Positions 12,401-24,100 of a stretch of DNA of 64,000 bases are shown one piece after another. The translations under genes and the position numbers were made by a program. The stretch is from positions 186,001 through 250,000 of the forward strand of contig LSRY02000025.1 of assembly GCA_001643675.2 (NCBI GenBank). The letters are read 5' to 3'. The stretch comes from Monocercomonoides exilis PA203. Lineage: Eukaryota; Protista; Preaxostyla. Below the pieces are notes generated by a model, which saw only the letters and a list, made by a program, of their open reading frames with translations, was not told the origin of the DNA and ran no database searches. The number at the start of each line of letters is the position of its first letter. Position 1 is the stretch's first letter.

Positions 12401-13963
12401 AGGATGAAACTCTTCATTTTCTCCTTCTTCTCCTTCATCTTCTTTTCTTTTCTCTTCTTCTCCTTCTTCTCTCTCCTCCTCTTTCTTCTCTTCTTCCTCT
12501 TCCTCTTCCTCATATTCTTCTTCTTCCTCCTCTTCTTCTTCACCTTCCTCTCCTTCTTTCTCCTTCTTCTCCCCTTCTTCCTCTTCTCTTCCTTCCTCTC
12601 TTCCTTCCTCTCTTCCTTCCTCTCTTCCTTCTTCTCCTTCCCCTTTCACTTTCTCCGCTTCCCAAACCAAATCTTTTCCCTTCGCCATCTTCATCACCAT
12701 CAACAACTGCCGCAATTCTGCTTCTTCTTCTGCTGTTCGCTCGCCTGGTGGATGTGGATAGGCAACTGGAAGATCACTTGAAGAAGAAGAAGCCAAAGGT
12801 TCTTCCTCTTTCTTCTGTTTGTTTGGAGTGTCATTCTCAATATCTTCTGGTTTATGTTGAGAAGAAATTGGAGAAGAAGAAGAAGAAGAAGAAGATGATG
12901 ATGATGAAGACAAAGAAGAAGAAGACAAAGGCGAAGAAGGAGGAAAAGCAGGAGCAGTTCTCAAATATGCATAAGGCGACGAGGGATACGATGGAGTGTT
13001 CATATTCATTGTCATATTCCCTTGTCTATTTAGAGGTGTGGTTGAAGCCACAGAAGAAGGAAGTGAAGAAGAAGATGCAATAGGAGAAGAAGAAGCAAGA
13101 GCAAGAGCAGAAGGAGCCATTCGTGTAGGAGTGCCGCTAAATGGAGGGGAAACAGTTCCGTCTTGGAAGAGAAGCACGCGATGTTGTAGAGGATGAGAAG
13201 CGCAAACAGTTGGAGGGATGGGTTTTGGAGGAGAGGAGAGGAGAAGAGGGGTGGGGAGAGGGTAGATGTGAGGAAGGGAGGAGGAAGAAGAAGAAGAGGA
13301 AGGTTTTGATGAAGAAGATGGAGAAGAAGGAGGAGAAGAAGATTTTGAAGAAGAAGAAGAAGAAGAAGAAGAAGAAGAAGAAGAAGAAGAAGAAGGATTC
13401 TTTGTGATGTCTGTAGCTTTTCGAGGGGTGCTGACAGGGGTGTTGATGTATTCTGCTTCTTCGCTGGCTGAACTTGGAGCTAATGGCAATTGTGAAGAAG
13501 AAGAAGAAGAAGGTTGAATGTTTTCCGTTTGTGGATGCTCTTTAATACTACCTTCTTTCTCTTTTCCTTCTCTTTCTTCTTTCTCTCTTTTCTCTTTTTC
13601 CTTTTCTCTTTCTCTTTCTCTTTCTCTTTCTCTTTCTCCTTTTCCTTCTTTCTCCTTCTCCTTTGTTCCTTTTTTCCCTTTTCCCTTTTCAAGAGAATCA
13701 TTCATTGACGACAGCTCGTTTAGCTGCCTTTTTTTCTCTTCCAACTTCTTCCTTTCTTTCTCCAACTCTCTCTCCATCATCCTCTTCTTCTCTTCTTTCT
13801 CTATTTCCTTCTCTTTCTCTCTCCTCCTCTTCTTTTCAGCAAGCAATTCATCAATATGCTTCCTTCGCATTTCTCTTTCTTTCTCCTGCTCTTCGTATCT
13901 CCTCCTCTCCTCCTCTCTTCTTCTCTCTCTTTCTTCTTCTCTTTGCTTTTCTCTTTCTCTTCT

Positions 13964-13994
<31 letters not shown>

Positions 13995-16486
13995 CTTTCC
14001 TTCAAAATCTCCAATTCTCTCTCCAACTCCTTCATCCTCTCCAAATCATGCTTTCTTTGAAGTTCTCTTTCTTTTCTTAGTTTCTCTCTTCTTTTCTCTC
14101 TCTCTTTCTCTCTTTCTTCTCTCTTCTTCTCTTCCTCTTTCTGCCGCCTTTCTCTTTCTTTTTCTCTTTCAGCTCGCCTTTTCTCTCTCAATCTTTCTAA
14201 TTCCCTCATCTCTTCTTCTTCTTCTCTCTCTTTCTCTCTCCTTCTTCTTTCCTCTTCCTCCTCTTTCCTTCTCTTCTCCTCTCCTTCTCTTTCTCTCTCT
14301 CCTTCTTCTCTCTTCCTCCTCTCCTCTTCTTTCATCTGATGCAACGCTCTTGCATTGCTGATGTATTTGTATGCCTCTTCCACAGTCAGATTAGCCGGCA
14401 GCACAACATGAAGAGGAGATACATTCACATCTCTAACAGGAAGGGTAGAAGAAGAAAGAGAAGAAGAAGGAGAAGGAGAAGGAGATTTTGTGGGAGAAAC
14501 AAAAACATTGGATGATTGATAAGCTGGTATTGCATTGGCTGCAGCAACAGAAGTTGGAGAACGAGAACGAGAAGCTGAGGAAATAGAAGAAGAAGAAGAA
14601 GATGATGATGATGAAGGAGGAGGAGGAGCATAAAGCATACCAGATAAAGTGTGTTGTGGAGAAGCATTCAATCCAACAGGCATTTGAGAAGGAGGAGGAA
14701 GAGAAGAAGAAGTAGAAGAAGAAGAATATGCGTCTGTCGAAAGAGGAAGAGATGGATTGAGCAGAAAAGGAGGATACGACGCAGAAGAAGGCAGAGGAAC
14801 ACCGACAGGAACATTAGCAGAAACAGGAAGAGAAGAAGAGGGCTGGGCGAATGGAAGAGGAGCAAAAGAAGAAGAAGAAGAGAAAGAAGGAGGAAGAGAA
14901 GAAGAAGGAGCAGAAGGAAGAGGAATTGACGTTATTGGCTGAGCTGGGTAGCCAGGGGCGTAAGCAAGAGGAGACATGACAGCTGGAGTGGGTGTGGTGA
15001 ATGAGGGGTACATTTGGGATAGAGGCATTGGAGGATGCTGAAAGGGAGTGTGATGTGGAGAAACATAAAGAGGGGCGGAAGAAGAAGAAGAGGGAAATGA
15101 AGAGATCAAGTGATGTGTTGGTGGGGGAGGAAGCTGCGAAGATTCAGGATACATGGTGGGAGTGACTATCGAAGACGGAATTGCTGAAGAAGAAGAAGAA
15201 GAAGAGATTGAAGAAGAAGAATTAGGATAAGAAGAAGAAGAAGATGATAATAATGGCATCGACGATGCAGAAGCAGAGCCAGAACCAGAAGTATAAGCAG
15301 AAGCAGAAGATGCCGGCAGCGAATGCTTTCGAGCTGCAGATAAAGTGGAATTCCTTTCCACCCTGGCTGATCCTGCCAAGCTGCTTGTCTTGTGCGTGTG
15401 TGGAGAATGAGTGTGTGGAGAATGAGAGCGTGGCGATGTGCTGCGGTGCAAGTGGCGAGGAAGACGGCGCACAGATGAGGCCCTGTGAGATGGCTGGCGC
15501 TCAACTGCAGTGCGATCTGGCTGCGCTTGGTGCGTTTGCTCCGATCTCGAAAAACGAGAAGGAGAATGTGAAGGCGAATGTGAAGGCGAATGTGAAGGAG
15601 AATGAGTGCCAAAACGAGATTTTGAACGATTTTCTGGAGAATCATTTGATGCTCGTGCTCTTTTCACTATTTTTTTCTTTTCGTCTGCGCGGCTGTCGTC
15701 AATATTCTTACTAACTCGACCTTTTAGCAATGAAGATGAAACGGATTTTGATCTTAAAGGTGGACGCAGAGTTGATGCCCCTGTAGAATGCAAAGATGAA
15801 GAATATGATGGATTACTCCCTGAAGAAGAAGCCTTCTGAGGATCACTTAATCTCAGAGAGCGTTGGACAGATTTTCTTGTTGGACTCTTTGAGCTTGCTG
15901 ATATTCTTGAAGGTGATTTACACACAACTTTTCCATCTGTGGCAGTAGGAGGCTGACTTTCTTGGTTTTCTTTTTTATAATTCTTTTGCGATGTCGATGA
16001 TAAAGGTCTTATTAATACTTTATTCCTCGAAAGCGGAGTGCTACGTTCCAAATTTGAAGATTCTCTTTTCTTTTCTGTTGATGAAGAAGAGTTTTGAACA
16101 AGTTCAACTTTTTTCACTGGCCTTATCGATATTTTTTTTGATACAATGGAATTCGGCCTTGTGACGGAACCAGCCCTCGAAGAATTGCTCTGAACAGATG
16201 ATTCAGATATTGGCTTTTCTTTTTCAATTACGTGATTTGTTCTTTCAATAGTTCTAGGATATGATGTCGGTTTATTTGAATGACTTATACGTGAATTGCT
16301 TTCTGTAACTAAATGTTTATATAATTATTAAAAGAAAATTATTTGGAAACATTCGAAAAAACAAATCAAAATGCTGATAAAAAATAATTAAGAACCTCCA
16401 TCTCTCTTTATCCTTTCCCCTTTTTGAATATCTACATTATCATTTCCATATTTCGCTTTTTTATTGGGAACTTGTTTTAAATCCAT
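6446..16486 (-). CDS. Giant (~3,317 aa) Ser/Pro- and Glu/Arg/Lys-rich low-complexity protein; C-terminus resembles CEP350/TRM (DUF4378-like) motifs
   Basis: The 3223-aa ORF frame stays open upstream to an AG acceptor at 16309. Exon 1 is 16486-16396 (MDLKQVPNKK...DG), joined in frame across an 87-bp GT-AG intron (16309-16395). Long ER/K single-alpha-helix-like tracts. C-terminal motifs KAIRDVACNVFEEI and LDEVLSQECKREWGEW...LLDSVLDEVF. Confidence 0.85.
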
Positions 16487-16720
16487 TGATCCGAATGAAT
16501 TATTTTATTTTCATTTCTTTTCGAAATTTTCAGAAAGTTTCATTTGTTGAAAAATAAAAAAGAATCAGATCAAGTTGATAAAAGGAAAGAAAAAAAAAAC
16601 TTTTTTCTATGTAACAAAACATGTGAAAGAAACAGATTTATTTTGGTTTTTTTCGTTTTCACAGTGTTTCCATGATGGAACTTTAGTAATAATACTCCTT
16701 AACTTCATTTGAAAAATATC

Positions 16721-17609
16721 CTATTTGATAATCGCATCACATAAAGAAGATAATCATAAAATGGAAACATATAAATTGTGAAAAAAGCAAAACATAATCG
16801 AATGCACTGCATAAATAAAAAAAAATGTTAAAATACAAAATTTTCTGTTTGCCTTTCAATTAAAAAAAAAGCAAAGGCAATTCCAATGCACGCTCAACGA
16901 AATGAACAATCCAACTGAACAGCAACCTTGGCATTCTCTCGGAAAACAAATTGCTCAAGCAAAACAGCTGCAGCAGCATTTCAGTTTTTAAAATGAACAT
17001 TTAAAGCAATTCCAAATCAACGAAAATTAAAATAAATAAATAAATAAATAAAGATTGTAATTCTTGAGCAGGTTTGTATTGAGCATTGCAACAAATGAAA
17101 ATTTCAGTGCATTTAAGCAAAACGCCTCTTCATAATAGATGAATCAAGCAATTTGATGATGATGGAAAAGATGAAGCCCATTGAAATGATGAAGTTCAAG
17201 GTGAATAAGGGGATGAAGGCGAAAAAGGAGAGGAAGGAGAAGAAGGGGGAGAAGTCGAAGACGAAAGAGAAAGTGTTGATGTTGTGGTGATTGAAGCGGA
17301 ATAGAACGACTCTTCGTTCATCAGCTCTTCGTATTTCAGCACTTCCTCTATTTCCTTCTGGAGCTCACTTTCCTTGCCTTTCCTTCCTTCTCCTTTTCCT
17401 TTCTTCTGCTTCTGCCTCTTCTGCCTCTTCGCACTCTTCTGCATCTCCAGCTCTTCTTCCATTCTCCTCGTCTGCTTCACCTCCACCCCAACACACACCA
17501 TCGTCACCACAGAAACAACCACAAACAAGCCAGCAAACGCAAAGCATACTGTTATCACCATATTTGCTGCTTTTTTTCTCGCTTCTGCCTCTTCTCCCTC
17601 TGGATCTTG
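16721..17609 (-). pseudogene. Inverted duplicate of the 3' end (TM, cytoplasmic tail, 3' flank) of the 30357-37571 surface-protein gene
   Basis: ORF 17196..17633 (QDPEGEEAEARKKAANMVITVCFAFAGLF...SPYSP) is nearly identical to the last ~140 aa of 30354..37571. Non-coding similarity continues; the segment matches 37149-38050 in reverse complement. Confidence 0.9.
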
Positions 17610-18164
17610 TCTCTTCTCCTCTTCTTTCTCCAACTAACTCTTCTTCGAAAACCAAAGAGATGATTCAGTCCTCAAACTTTGTTTCCTTTCTCAGATCAAT
17701 CTTAGTGAGAAAAGAATTGAATGAATTACATCGAAGATTCTGCTGCTTCTTGCAGCTCGTTCGTTTTGTCACATTCATTGAAATATTCACCAACAAGCGT
17801 TGGAGTTCTGGACTGCTGTTTCCACTTTGATTGAGTTTTGTGCAATTGGGTTGACTTTGGAATTTTTTTGTATTATTCATGTATCCAATAGAAGCAAATA
17901 GACTTCTGGAAATATTGAGACTTTTTTTGAGTTGCAAATTTCTAAAACGGAATGTGTGAACAAAACAGGAGATGCACATGGTTTATTTTTTTCTATTGAC
18001 AATTGGATCAAAACAAACTTATGTTTGACGAGTGATAATTGAAAAATTTCCAAATAAAAACGATGAATGAAAATTACAAAAATAAAAAAAATAATATTTA
18101 AAGAAGTGAATGATTTGTAAGATGATAAATATTATTGCGTTTCCAATTTTTTGGAAAGAATAAG

Positions 18165-18369
18165 TATTTATTTTATTTTATTTTATTTTATTTTATTTTA
18201 TTTTATTTTATTTTATTTTATTTTATTTTATTTTATTTTATTTTATTTTATTTTATTTTATTTTATTTTATTTTATTTTATTTTATTTTATTTTATTTTA
18301 TTTTATTTTATTTTATTTTATTTTATTTTATTTTATTTTATTTTATTTTATTTTATTTTATTTTATTTT
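18165..18369. repeat. (TATTT)n microsatellite, ~40 units
   Basis: Perfect pentanucleotide tandem array. Confidence 0.97.
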
Positions 18370-18841
18370 TTATTTTTAATTTTTTATTTTTTATTTTTTA
18401 TTTTTTATTTTTTTTTTTTGTTTCATTTTCAGTTATTGGAAATAAATTTCTCTTTATATTTAAAAATAACTATCTCTCTCATTAACAGTTATTTTGTGAA
18501 TCATTGGAGAAAAACAAAACTCATTTAATTTCAAAACAATAATTTTCAATGGTTAATTTTTGACCAACAAATCACATTTTATCAATTTACTGTTCTCTGA
18601 AAACAATATTTAATTGATTTCTATTTGTTTGACGAAAAGATTCCATTTTTCAAAAAAGATATTTGATCAAATCATCCATTACAACAAACAAGAAGAAGAT
18701 AAAGCGTTGTTTGTCAAAATATGCGTTTGATTAAAATATCAATGCAAAGAAGGACGGTATGAGAGCATATGTTTTTTTGATTCTTTTTTCATTTTGATGT
18801 GTCATTGTCTCTTTCACATCACAATTTGATTTTCTGTTTGA

Positions 18842-20319
18842 ATGATGAAAAATACTGCGTTTAATGAATGCAACATAAATTCAAACATGCAGGAAATTGA
18901 AAAACATGAAAAGTTCTCTCGTTTGTGCACAGCATTGTGTTTTTATTCAATGATTAAATCATTTCAAATTTTTTTTTGAAGAATTATTGAATGAGCTGGA
19001 GGGTTGCGGCGAGGAAGAACAGCAACGGAGAATCGAAGAAATGAAGAAGCTAGTGGATGAAATGATAAAAGATGAAATTGTACATGTTTTTGCGAAGGAA
19101 ATATTCTTTCAAATACACAAAATGATAAAAGAAGAGAAAATTTCATTGGAAAACATCATTTCATTGTTGAAGCTCATGTGGCATTGTGAAGTGATGAACA
19201 ATTCCTTGTTCTGTGAGATATTCCCTTCGATTTTGGGCAAAATATTTGAGAGGTTGTTTATTGAAGAAGAGAAGAAGAAAGAAGAAGAGAGAAATGAAAA
19301 GTTTCTGGCTGATCTTCACGAATGCTGCATGATGCTTCACAACGGCTGGGCTTCAAACGAATTTATTTCGATTTGCGTGCCTTGTTTTGTGAAAGTTGCA
19401 TTGCCCAAAGAGGAAAGTGGAAAAACGCAAAAAGAAGTGGAAATGGCGTTGCTGGCATTGAGTAGCATTAATAAATATGATGTGTGAGCATTTAATTTTC
19501 TTCTTTGATGACATTTATTATATTTATTTTTTTTGAATAAAGCATATTGAAAAAGGATTGTATTTGAAGGGGATGATAGAAATCATCAAATATCATCAGG
19601 AACATCACAACTTGACACGACTGGGATATCAATCAGCTTGGCAGTTTTTGATAAGCAGATTATACTATGATGACAGCTTGGAAAGACTGATTGTGAACGA
19701 GTTACATTTTGTGGAAGAAGCAGCAAGAGAACTGGAAGGGCTAAAAAGATGCATCGACTGGAAGGGAAAAGAAGAAGAAGAAGCAAAAGAAGAGCTTCTT
19801 ATATCGAGATGGTTTGTTATAATAATATGTTATTCTCAAATAGTCCAAATGCAGAACGATGAATGCAACAAACTGACGAGAAGCATCATTGGTCTGTGCA
19901 GAGCAGCGAAGGGCAGCCACAGAAGAATACTCAGGAAATTCCACTCGTTTTTGTGTAATATCATTTTGCGTGAAGCAGAATCTTCTGATTGCTTCCTGTG
20001 CGAAGAGGCTGTTGATTTCATTTTGGAGGAAATGCATCAGCCAACAATTGATGATGAGCTTTTAACAAGCGGCAGAAGTGTTTTTTATAAGCTTTCTCGA
20101 ATATTGAGCAGAAAAAAGGAAAAGAAAAATAGCTTGATTTCGTTTATTTGGTTTGCCTGGAGCTGGCTGAATGGAAAGGCGAAAGAGGAAAATGAAAAAG
20201 AAAAGCAGAAAATGATGCTGTATCGAAAGCTGCGCGAAAAGATGGAAGAAGAAGGATATGAAGATATTATTGTCAGCTTCTATGAATCACATTTGGAAAA
20301 GTCTAATTTCTTTGAATAA
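18842..20319 (+). CDS. Hypothetical helical protein of an expanded lineage-specific family (NELE-C-EEEQ / HHNLTRLGYQSAWQFL motifs), 3 exons
   Basis: ATG 18842; first GT-AG intron joins ..EKFS to QLLNELEGC; second intron 19482-19542 joins ..NKYD to HIEKGLYL in frame; ends TAA 20319. Paralogue at 26579-28956. Confidence 0.75.
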
Positions 20320-20629
20320 CCAGAAGATCTCAACGATTTCATTATTCATCATTAAGCATGAAAAATAAAGCATTTGTATGTTTGTGATTTTGCAATTTTC
20401 AAAGTTGCATTCCTCATTGCTTTCTTCTTCTTCTTCTTCTTCTTCGTTTTCTTCTTCATCGACTTCATTGAGAGAAGCGCTCCTGCTTGCTTCACCATTC
20501 CGGAAGCGGAGAAGCGAAGAGAAGAAGGCAACATGAGAAGAAAGCCATCTTCATCTTCATCTTCATCATCATCGCCTGCGATTGACCCTTCGGATGCATC
20601 TGCTGTGGCAGCGTCATACACATCGACCG

Positions 20630-22208
20630 GAGCGATGGACGACATCGAGAGGCGGCTGCGGATTGTGGTGCCAGAGGCGGCTGGGGTGTATGGGCGGCAC
20701 ATACCTCTGTCGCTGCAGCTGCTGCTGTCGCCGCGGGCGCTGCAGACGCTGCGGGGATATGTTGTGGCACGGAGGGCTGTGCTGTATGGGTGTGTTGTGT
20801 GTGCCTACGATGTGGTGCTTTCTGCGATGCTTTCGGTTCCGCTGGTTGCGCTGCTTCCGTCACTTGCAGTGTAAGTTGGCACGAAGTCGGGGAGCAAGCG
20901 GATCTTTGCAGCGGCAGATGCAAATGTTCATTCTTCAATTTACGATCTGTTTGACCCGTCGTTGCAGATATGGCGATCGCCTCAGTCGAGGCGTGTGGTG
21001 GTGAAGCTGGACGACGAAATGATTGGGCGAGGAGATACAGTGTGAAAAGCGGGAGAGATAATGGAAAATGTATTGGAGGAGCGTGAAGAGGCAGAGGAAG
21101 GAGAAAGGAGAGGAAAGGAGCGAGAAGAAATAGAGGAAGGAAAAGAGGGAGAAGAAGATAAAGAGGGAGAGAGAGGTGATGGGAATGAGGAGAAAGGCGG
21201 CTTTCTGACAGTGCACAATGACTTTGTGGAAAGAATCAAAGAGAACCAGGGGAAGCTGGAAGAAACGACGGAGCTGCTGGTTGTGGATGCGCTTGAGCTG
21301 AGTCGGCTGGGGATTGTGAAGGCGGTAGCAGAAGCTGATGCTGAAGCTGATGCGGACAAGCATGATTCGATGGATACTGGAATGTGCAGTTCTTTGCCAG
21401 CCGATGGCTCTCAACTGGAGTTTTCAAGAGCAGAAGAAGAAGCAGCAGATGGATCTCTGAGCATAACTTCAGATGGAAGAGAAGAAAATGTGAGAAAAGA
21501 TGAGGAGCAGGTGGAAATTTCAACAAATGGTTTGGGGATGAATGAGAAACAAGATAAAGAGGGCAGTTCGATTAATTTGGAAAAGGAAGAGGAAGAGGAA
21601 GAGGAAGAGGAAGAAGAAGAGGGACAGATTCTGGATGTGGAATCGCTGATGAGTGTTCATGCGCATCCGGAGTATGTGACGCTGATTGACGAGAGTGCGA
21701 ATAAGGGCTTGCGAGACTATCTGGTGATGATTACGGTGAAGGGGGAGCTGGGGGAGCTGTGTGCAGAGCGGGAGCAGATTGTGGGGAAGCTGGTTGCAGA
21801 AGGGATGATACAGCCGGATGGGGCGATGAGCATCACGTTCATTGGGGAGAGGCTGTTTGGGAGGAGAGAGAAGAGAAGAGAAGGGGGTATGGGTATGGGT
21901 ATTTGGAATCGGATGGAGTGTCGTTGCATTTGAGCTCGGACAGGCAGAGAGAGAGGACGGACGAGTTTGTTGCGATTATGGCCGTTGTGCCGCAGGAAAG
22001 TGCGCCGTCGATCGCTCTGCGGGATGCGATGAATGCGATCGAGCAAGTGTGCCACGGGAAAGGGATGATTGGGGTGTTTTGTGTTTCGTATTGTGCGTTT
22101 GTGGTCGAGTGGGAGTCGCTGCGGATGTGTGAGGTGAATCTTTCGGTGGGTCTTCTGGCATCGTCGTCGGCGTTCCGGTGGATATCGTATCTCCTACAAG
22201 TGGTCTAG
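20630..22208 (+). pseudogene. IQCH: IQCH-like (IQ motif-containing H) gene fragment with nonsense and frameshift lesions
   Basis: One frame reads RLRIVVPEA...LLLSPRALQTLR...*VGTKSGSKRIFAAA...IYDLF...VVKLDDEMIGRGDTV* with stops at TAA 20872 and TGA 21043. It continues to MIQPDGAMSI, then after a frameshift near 21870 to VVPQESAP...AIEQVCHGKGMIGVF...EVNLS. Motif order matches the IQCH core as recalled; not database-verified. Confidence 0.7.
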
Positions 22209-24100
22209 AGAAGGCATCTGGAAACAACCTCCTTCCGCGCAGCGCCAGCACTGCTTGTTTGCATGTGTGCGCCCCCTCTTCTGATTTTGAGTGTTCTGCA
22301 TCTGCTCGGCCTCTGGCTTCAACGAGCTGATACGCAACTTTGCATCTCTTATCAGGGTGAGAGGTGTTCGTAGAGAGTGTCTCTTCAGCCTGTGTCTGGC
22401 TCAGCTGGTGCCTCTGCACAAACATTTGCCTGCCTCTCTCTCTTAAGTGGCGATGCGTAGCTTTGTGAGTGTCAGCCCATTCAATAAGCAATAACAGTTG
22501 CGTGTGTTTCAGAGGCAGTTATCAACAAGTATTTTGGATCGCATCATCACATTTTTCGTGGAAAGATCATTGTGAAATTCAGATGCAATTCAAAGGGTGT
22601 CTCATCGCGGGAGCTGTGGGGTTTGATGGGAGTGAGAACAGCTCATTTTGGCTGTGGCGCAAAGTGATGCAAGTGAGCTGGAAAAGATGATGAAAAAAAG
22701 TGTTAATCAGCAAATGAAAATATTGAGATGGAGTTATTTGATTTGGAGAAAGAACGGGCTGCTCTGAAAAAATAAGGTTTGAATGGAGATAAAGGAAAAT
22801 GAGAGAGGAGAAAGATAATAACAGAATTGTGATTGGGGCAATTGCAAGATGATGAAGCAGAGGAATTTTGATATGATTGATATTTTCTTTTTGGAATCCA
22901 AAGGAATACCAACAATTCAAAAAGAATGCCAAGTGATTTGTGAAAATATCCAGCTTTCTTTATTTGTATCAACATATCACCATATTTGCTACACCAATTT
23001 TCGATTCGTTTGAGCTGCATTTATCAAATGAGATATTTTATTCAATCGACAAGATCAAATAAATTGTTTTCCACTTCGAAAATGCCTTTGGAATTTTTGT
23101 GGATTTCTTTGTCTCCAAAATATTTGCTCGACTTCTTCTTCTTCTTCTTCTTCTTTGATATTTTCTCTCACTTGGAGTTTGCATCAGACTTCTTCCTCTT
23201 TGCATCCACTTTCATAACAATCAACTTCCTCATCAACAACAACGCATTCTTCTCCTTCTTCCTCCATATCCTCATCCTCATCATCACCTTCATCATCATC
23301 ATCATCTTTTCTTTCTTCCTCTTCCTCTTCCTCTTCTCCTTCCACACGGCAACCTCCTGTTAATTACTCTTCCACTTCATTCAATTCCTCTTCTCTCTCT
23401 ATTTTCTCTTCTTCATCTTCTACTCCTTCTTCTTTTTTCTCTTCCTCAAGGAGCAACAAAAATATTTCAACTTTTTAATTCCTCAGCTTCCATCAAATTC
23501 TTCTCGAAGTTTTGTGTCCAATAAGTCGTTGAGAAGCACAAAACGAATATTTATTCTCAGATGGAACATCAGCTGAAACTAAATAACAATTGAGGTGATT
23601 TCGAATCGAGAAAAGCCTATCAGACGAAATTCTATAAAAAAAAGGAGAGCAATTTTTCCTTTTTCACTTTGAGATTGCAAGAATTCACAGAAACCAGAAG
23701 GAGCAGGACAGAAAACGTTATTTGGAACAAATAAGAATATGGATGATTTTTGAGAAATTTCTCAATGTGATACACTTTTAATGAGCCATTGAAGATGAAA
23801 CAAAGAGATAAAGCGGGGTTTTAAGGGAAATCCATATTTGAAGGATAATTCTGTGAAATAAGTGCGTCTGCAGTGGACAAAAAAGGTGAAATGGGAATTA
23901 CAAAAGAAATGATTGTTATTGAAAATGAAGATGATTTCATAGAAGAAATGCATACCAAAGAAATTAATAATAGAAAACATTCCTAAATGCAAAAAGTTTT
24001 ATTTTCTTTTGATGAAAAGGAGAAACTTAGAAGATATTTCGGAGAAATATTTTTGTCTGAGCTGATATTATGCTCCTTGAAAAACAAGCGATGATATATA

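Noticed and set aside
9444-14930. Many long overlapping or antisense ORFs (also at 60400-63900)
   Set aside because: Shadow ORFs: CT-rich or GA-rich low-complexity DNA rarely forms stop codons, giving poly-S/F/L or poly-K/R translations.
18135-18528. ORFs with (FILFY)n repeats
   Set aside because: Translations of the (TATTT)n microsatellite.
20872-20874. In-frame TAA in the IQCH-like frame as evidence of TAR=Gln recoding (known in some oxymonads and diplomonads)
   Set aside because: The same fragment also has a TGA and a frameshift; PACRG ends at TAG at its conserved terminus; ORFs of thousands of codons contain no TAA/TAG. Standard code plus pseudogenisation explains it.
22200-24090. Short ORFs and Glu-rich minus-strand text as an intact gene
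   Set aside because: Frequent stops in all frames and no recognisable family; probably decayed fragments that cannot be named from the sequence.
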